Below are positions 59,539 through 64,000 of a stretch of 64,000 nt of DNA, piece after piece; position 1 is the first letter of the stretch; each line of letters opens with the position of its first letter. The stretch is taken from positions 112,866 to 176,865 of the forward strand of contig JAYRWY010000016.1 in the NCBI GenBank assembly GCA_041917755.1, in the 5' to 3' direction. The notes under the pieces were generated by a model, which worked only from the letters and a program-made list of their open reading frames with translations, was not told where the DNA came from and made no database searches. The position numbers and the translations under genes are program-made. The DNA comes from Alphaproteobacteria bacterium (lineage in GTDB: Bacteria; Pseudomonadota; Alphaproteobacteria; UBA9219; RGZA01).

Positions 59539-60747
59539 ATGGGTAGTGTGTTGATTATTGGCGCAGGTGCAGCAGGCAATGTGATTGCAAAAAAATGCGC
59601 CATGAACCGTGATGTATTCACAAAAATTCATCTTGCTTCACGCACGCTTTCCAAATGCGAACAAATTAAACGCGAGTGCAAAAGCGAAATCACCATTTCG
59701 CAAATCGACGCGGATGATACCAACGCGGTTATCGCGCTAATCAATCAAGTGAAGCCTGATCTGGTTATTAACATCGCGCTGCCCTACCAAGATTTGACCA
59801 TCATGGATGCCTGCCTTGCAACGGGCGTGCACTACCTTGATACCGCCAATTACGAGCCAAAGGATGAGGCAAAGTTCTCTTATAAGTGGCAATGGCCATA
59901 CCATGACCGTTTCAAGGCCAAGGGTATTATTGGCGTGCTGGGCTGCGGCTTTGACCCAGGCGTGAGCAATATTTACTGCGCCTATGCGCAAAACAATTTA
60001 TTCGATAGCATCGACTACATCGATATTATTGACTGCAATGACGGCAACCATGGCAAATCATTTGCGACCAATTTCAATCCTGAAATCAATCTGCGTGAAG
60101 TTACGCAGCGCGGCAAGTATTGGGAAAATGGCCAGTGGATTGAAATCGACCCGCTAAGCATTTCCCGCATGATTGATTACCCTGAAGTTGGGCCACGTAA
60201 ATCATATTTGATTTATCATGAAGAAGAAGAATCTCTGGTTCTCAACATCAAAGGCTTGAAGCGCATTCGTTTCTGGATGACGTTCTCTGATAATTACATC
60301 AAGCATCTGGATGTATTACAAAGCGTTGGCCTGACCAGCATCACGCCAGTGAAGTATAAAGGCGTTGATATTGTGCCATTGCAATTCCTCACCTCATTGC
60401 TGCCAGTACCATCAACCTTGGCTGAAAACTATACCGGCAAGACATCAATTGGCTGCATCGTGCAGGGCACCAAGAATGGCAAGCCACGCAAGACCCTGAT
60501 TTATAATGTGTGCGATCACGCCGAAACCGCCAAGGAAGTTGGCGCACAGGCAGTATCCTACACCACCGGTGTGCCCGCCGTTGTTGGCGCAATGATGATT
60601 TTGAAGGGCATGTGGAAGGGCCAAGGCATTTACAATGTCGAGCAACTGCCACCTGAACCATTCCTTGAAGAAGTGGCCAAGCAAGGCTTGCCATGGCATG
60701 TGAAGGAATTGGCCGTTGAAGATCTAAAAGAACCGCTAGCTGCGTAA
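59539..60747 (+). CDS. Carboxy(nor)spermidine dehydrogenase (saccharopine dehydrogenase family)
   Basis: IIGAGAAG, YLDTANYEP, GCGFDPG, FATNFNPEINLRE, QAVSYTTGVP. Confidence 0.93.
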   Translation: MGSVLIIGAGAAGNVIAKKCAMNRDVFTKIHLASRTLSKCEQIKRECKSEITISQIDADDTNAVIALINQVKPDLVINIALPYQDLTIMDACLATGVHYLDTANYEPKDEAKFSYKWQWPYHDRFKAKGIIGVLGCGFDPGVSNIYCAYAQNNLFDSIDYIDIIDCNDGNHGKSFATNFNPEINLREVTQRGKYWENGQWIEIDPLSISRMIDYPEVGPRKSYLIYHEEEESLVLNIKGLKRIRFWMTFSDNYIKHLDVLQSVGLTSITPVKYKGVDIVPLQFLTSLLPVPSTLAENYTGKTSIGCIVQGTKNGKPRKTLIYNVCDHAETAKEVGAQAVSYTTGVPAVVGAMMILKGMWKGQGIYNVEQLPPEPFLEEVAKQGLPWHVKELAVEDLKEPLAA

Positions 60748-60759
60748 GCTGCGATTATT

Positions 60760-60936
60760 TTAAAAATCGGTACAACGTCCGCCTTTTTCCCAATCGCCAA
60801 ATCGCGTGGGTTCGGGCCCTTGTGGGCCGCCCGTTTCACCGCTTTTTTGTTGTGGCACGGTTTTGTTAACCACGTCTTTTTCAGGCGTGGCAGGGGCTGG
60901 TGGATTATTCTTTAATGGGCTTTGTTTTTCGGTCAT
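60760..60936 (-). CDS. DUF1674 (SDHAF4-like) small protein
   Basis: GGPQGPEPTRFGDWEKGGRCTDF. Confidence 0.9.
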   Translation of the reverse strand: MTEKQSPLKNNPPAPATPEKDVVNKTVPQQKSGETGGPQGPEPTRFGDWEKGGRCTDF

Positions 60937-60945
60937 AAGCATACC

Positions 60946-62286
60946 ATGCCAGAACAGACCAAACATGCCAAGCCACCTGTAAAACAACCCGCGAAAAAAG
61001 AACCGCGTATAAAAGATGCGCGTGCCGTCGCACATAAAATGCTGCTTAAAATTACCAATGAATCCCTATCATTGGAAGATGCGTGGGAGCAGACCAAAGA
61101 AGTTAATCTGCTGGAGCAACGTGACCGCTCGCTATGCCGGTTATTGGTTCTTACTACTCTGCGCCAATGCGGCTTCATTGATTACCGTATTCGCCAATAT
61201 GCCAAGACCATGGAAAAACTTCCGCTATCTGCGTTGATGGCATTGCGCATTGGCTTTGCGCATATTCTTTTTTTACATTCGCCCGCACATGCGGTTGTGA
61301 ATACTTGCGTAAATTTGCTTGAGCCGCACGACAAAGTGATGCGCGGACTAGTCAATGCCGTTTTACGTAAAGCTGCAGCAAATGAAGCGCAAATCCATGA
61401 TGCAACCCAAGGCTGGCAACAGGCCATTCCCAACTGGTTGCTCAGCACATGGAAGAAGGATTATGGTCTCGACCATTTAGGCCATATTGCGCAGGCGTGT
61501 CTGCGTGAACCGACGCTTGATATTTCGGTGAAAGAAAACCGCGAGTATTGGCAAAAAGAATTGGGCGCGACGTTGCTGCCCACAGGTACGCTGCGGTTGC
61601 AGCACCAGGATGATATCGCGCAATTGCCGGGCTTTGCCGAAGGTGCATGGTGGGTACAAGATGCTGCAGCCGCCCTTCCCGCGATGATGGCTGGAGATGT
61701 AAAAGACAAGCTGGTTTATGATTGTTGTGCTGCACCAGGCGGTAAAACCGCGCAGTTTTTGGCAGCGGGCGCAAAGGTTGTGGCGATTGATCAATCATCG
61801 GACCGTTTATTGCGCCTACGTGAAAATTTGCAGCGCATAAAAATGAATGCGAATATTTTATCCGTCGATATTCTGACCTTTAAGCCCAACAATCTGGCAG
61901 ATGTTATCTTTCTTGATGCGCCATGCAGTGCGACCGGCACGCTGCGCCGCCATCCAGATTTGATGATCCATAAAAAGCCTAGCGATGTACCACGTCTGGC
62001 TAAGCTTCAGCTAAGTATGCTGAACCATGTGGCGGGGCTACTGAAAAAAGACGGGCTACTGATTTACGCAGTTTGTTCCTTGCAAAACGAAGAAGGCCCG
62101 GACGTCGTTGAGGCATTCCTCAAGCAAAATCCAGGCTTCACGCGCGTGCCCGTAACGGCAAAGGATTTCAATGGCTGGCAAGAAGGGGTGACAAGCGCAG
62201 GAGATTTGCGTACACTACCCCATTATATGCAGGCGTTTGGCGGTATGGACGGGTTCTATGCGGCGCGCCTGAAAAAAGTAGCTTAG
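60946..62286 (+). CDS. rsmB: RsmB/Sun 16S rRNA m5C methyltransferase with NusB-like N-terminal domain
   Basis: LVNAVLR, WVQDAAA, DCCAAPGGKT, DAPCSATGT, YAVCSL. Confidence 0.95.
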   Translation: MPEQTKHAKPPVKQPAKKEPRIKDARAVAHKMLLKITNESLSLEDAWEQTKEVNLLEQRDRSLCRLLVLTTLRQCGFIDYRIRQYAKTMEKLPLSALMALRIGFAHILFLHSPAHAVVNTCVNLLEPHDKVMRGLVNAVLRKAAANEAQIHDATQGWQQAIPNWLLSTWKKDYGLDHLGHIAQACLREPTLDISVKENREYWQKELGATLLPTGTLRLQHQDDIAQLPGFAEGAWWVQDAAAALPAMMAGDVKDKLVYDCCAAPGGKTAQFLAAGAKVVAIDQSSDRLLRLRENLQRIKMNANILSVDILTFKPNNLADVIFLDAPCSATGTLRRHPDLMIHKKPSDVPRLAKLQLSMLNHVAGLLKKDGLLIYAVCSLQNEEGPDVVEAFLKQNPGFTRVPVTAKDFNGWQEGVTSAGDLRTLPHYMQAFGGMDGFYAARLKKVA

Positions 62287-62307
62287 AAAATTGCTTAAGA
62301 GACCAAT

Positions 62308-62970
62308 ATGGCCCAACAAAAAACGCGCATTGCCCCTTCCATATTATCAGCGGATTTTGCCAAATTAGGCGAAGAGATACGCGCGATTGATGCAGCGGGC
62401 GCGGATTACATTCACGTTGATGTGATGGATGGCCATTTTGTACCGAACCTGACCATCGGGCCGTTAGTGGTTAAGGCATTGCGTTCACATTCCAAGAAAA
62501 TATTTGATGTGCATTTGATGATTGCACCTGTTGATCCGTATATTGCCGAATTTGCTGCAGCAGGCGCAGATATCATTACCGTGCATCCCGAAAGCGGGCC
62601 GCATTTACACCGCACATTACAGCTTATCAAATCTTTGGGCAAAAAAGCAGGCGTAGCACTGAACCCCGCAACACCGATTGAAGCAATCACTCATGTGATT
62701 AGCGATGTAGATTTGATTTTGGTGATGAGTGTAAACCCAGGATTTGGCGGGCAAGCCTTTATTGATAGCCAGCTGGATAAAATCAAGCAGCTACGTAAGT
62801 TGATTGACGCAACAGGCAAGGCGATTGATTTGGAAGTGGATGGCGGTATTCACGCAGAAAACGCCAAACAAGTTGTAGCTGCAGGCGCGGATGTATTGGT
62901 GGCCGGTACAGCGAGCTTTAAGGGCGGCGCCGCAAACTATGCCGCCAACATCAAAGCACTGCGTGGATAA
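62308..62970 (+). CDS. rpe: Ribulose-phosphate 3-epimerase
   Basis: [36 protein letters not shown]. Confidence 0.99.
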   Translation: MAQQKTRIAPSILSADFAKLGEEIRAIDAAGADYIHVDVMDGHFVPNLTIGPLVVKALRSHSKKIFDVHLMIAPVDPYIAEFAAAGADIITVHPESGPHLHRTLQLIKSLGKKAGVALNPATPIEAITHVISDVDLILVMSVNPGFGGQAFIDSQLDKIKQLRKLIDATGKAIDLEVDGGIHAENAKQVVAAGADVLVAGTASFKGGAANYAANIKALRG

Positions 62971-62979
62971 GTCAGCCAA

Positions 62980-64000
62980 TTAATGTGTTGGCTCATCAGT
63001 TAGTTCATCATCTTCCATGATGAGTTCTTCATCCTGATCCAGTTGTGTATCTGAAGCAGGCGATGTTGCAGGCGCTGGGCCGCCTTTTTCAGGCAATTTT
63101 GGATCCAGCCCTTCGGGCATGACTAATGGTTTTGGCAGCGCCTTAGCAGGATCACGTTTCATCACTTCAATCAGCAAATCACGGGCAATAGGCGCGGCAT
63201 TCTTTGAACCACCGCCGCCATGCTCCACCACTACGCAGCAGACGTAACGCGGGTTTTGTGCTGGAGCAAAGCTAATGAATAACGCATGGTCACGTTCTTC
63301 CCATGGCCGCTTTTCATTAGGAATGACGCCTTTTGAACGTTCGGCTTTACTAATCCGGCGCACCTGTGATGTGCCGGTTTTTCCGCCGATTTCATAGCCA
63401 GCGACAGGAATTTGTGAGGCAGCTGCCGTACCACCGGGCTTACAGACAGCAAGCATGGCATCTTGAATAAACTGAATATTTTCAGGTTTAAGGGGAAGCG
63501 GCGGAAAGGTTTCCTGAGCGCGTTTCAGGTCTTTGACGCTTTGCATAACATGCGGTTTGATTGCCAAGCCGCCACTTGCGATGCGCGCAGTCATTACGGC
63601 CAGCTGTAATGGAGTTGCCAGCATATAGCCCTGACCAATCGACGCGACAAGCGTTTCACCCGGTTGCCATGCTTCTTTATAATTTTTCTGTTTCCATTCG
63701 CGATTGGGAACAAGGCCGGCTTTTTCATTGGGCAAATCAACACCCAGTTTTTGCGATAGGCCAAGCATCTTTGCCATATCATAAATCTTGTCGATGCCGA
63801 TTTTCTGACTGACATGATAAAAGAAAACGTCGCAGGATTGAAATAGACCCTTCTTCATATCCACGCTGCCGTGGCCGCCTTTTTTCCAGCAATGGAAGCG
63901 ATGGTTTCCAAAATCAAGATGGCCGGGACAGAAATAGCTTGTCTTGGGGCTGATACCCATTTCAAGTGCCGCAAGGGCTACAACCACCTTAAACGTTGAC
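62980..64000 (-). CDS. mrdA: Penicillin-binding protein 2, C-terminal part (5'-truncated by the window edge)
   Basis: Frame is open to the edge, reading STFK (SxxK) at 63999-63988, then SCD and KTGTSQV. Confidence 0.95.
   Translation of the reverse strand, partial: STFKVVVALAALEMGISPKTSYFCPGHLDFGNHRFHCWKKGGHGSVDMKKGLFQSCDVFFYHVSQKIGIDKIYDMAKMLGLSQKLGVDLPNEKAGLVPNREWKQKNYKEAWQPGETLVASIGQGYMLATPLQLAVMTARIASGGLAIKPHVMQSVKDLKRAQETFPPLPLKPENIQFIQDAMLAVCKPGGTAAASQIPVAGYEIGGKTGTSQVRRISKAERSKGVIPNEKRPWEERDHALFISFAPAQNPRYVCCVVVEHGGGGSKNAAPIARDLLIEVMKRDPAKALPKPLVMPEGLDPKLPEKGGPAPATSPASDTQLDQDEELIMEDDELTDEPTH

Noticed and set aside
1-64000. tRNA, rRNA, CRISPR, IS or prophage elements
   Set aside because: No cloverleaf/T-loop signatures, repeat-spacer arrays, transposases or integrases were seen. 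Intergenic gaps are short and mostly accounted for.

Overview
A gene-dense, apparently chromosomal segment of an alphaproteobacterium. The lineage is inferred from the sucCD-sucAB-lpd cluster, fdxA-carD, the DUF3035/M16 pair/lspA/ileS/ribF block, rpmH-rnpA-yidD-yidC-yihA-argB, DUF1674-rsmB and CtrA-type boxes. Most genes are housekeeping: TCA cycle, amino acid/NAD/heme/folate synthesis, translation, and cell division/envelope. I saw no tRNA, rRNA, CRISPR array, integrase or transposase. The non-routine content is: (1) the 3' part of a DotA/TraY (type IVB secretion) gene with a long Pro/Ala tail, followed by a small membrane ORF, directly upstream of sucC; (2) an orphan tandem pair of divergent PilT-like ATPases between pyrE and hisS; (3) an unannotated 22-aa single-TM microprotein on the minus strand between sucD and sucA, with its own RBS, terminator and CtrA-type promoter; (4) a 129-aa unknown gene behind two tandem CtrA-type boxes; (5) a HEPN-motif orphan, a fully degenerate pseudo-phosphatase next to ftsK, a leaderless alpha/beta hydrolase, a plant-type TyrA, a CarD with a basic N-terminal tail, and a yybP-ykoY Mn riboswitch. 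My best hypothesis (inference only) is a dispersed, domesticated attachment/secretion apparatus, possibly cell-cycle regulated, in a host- or prey-associated alphaproteobacterium. All assignments come from motif recognition by eye; no database searches were run.
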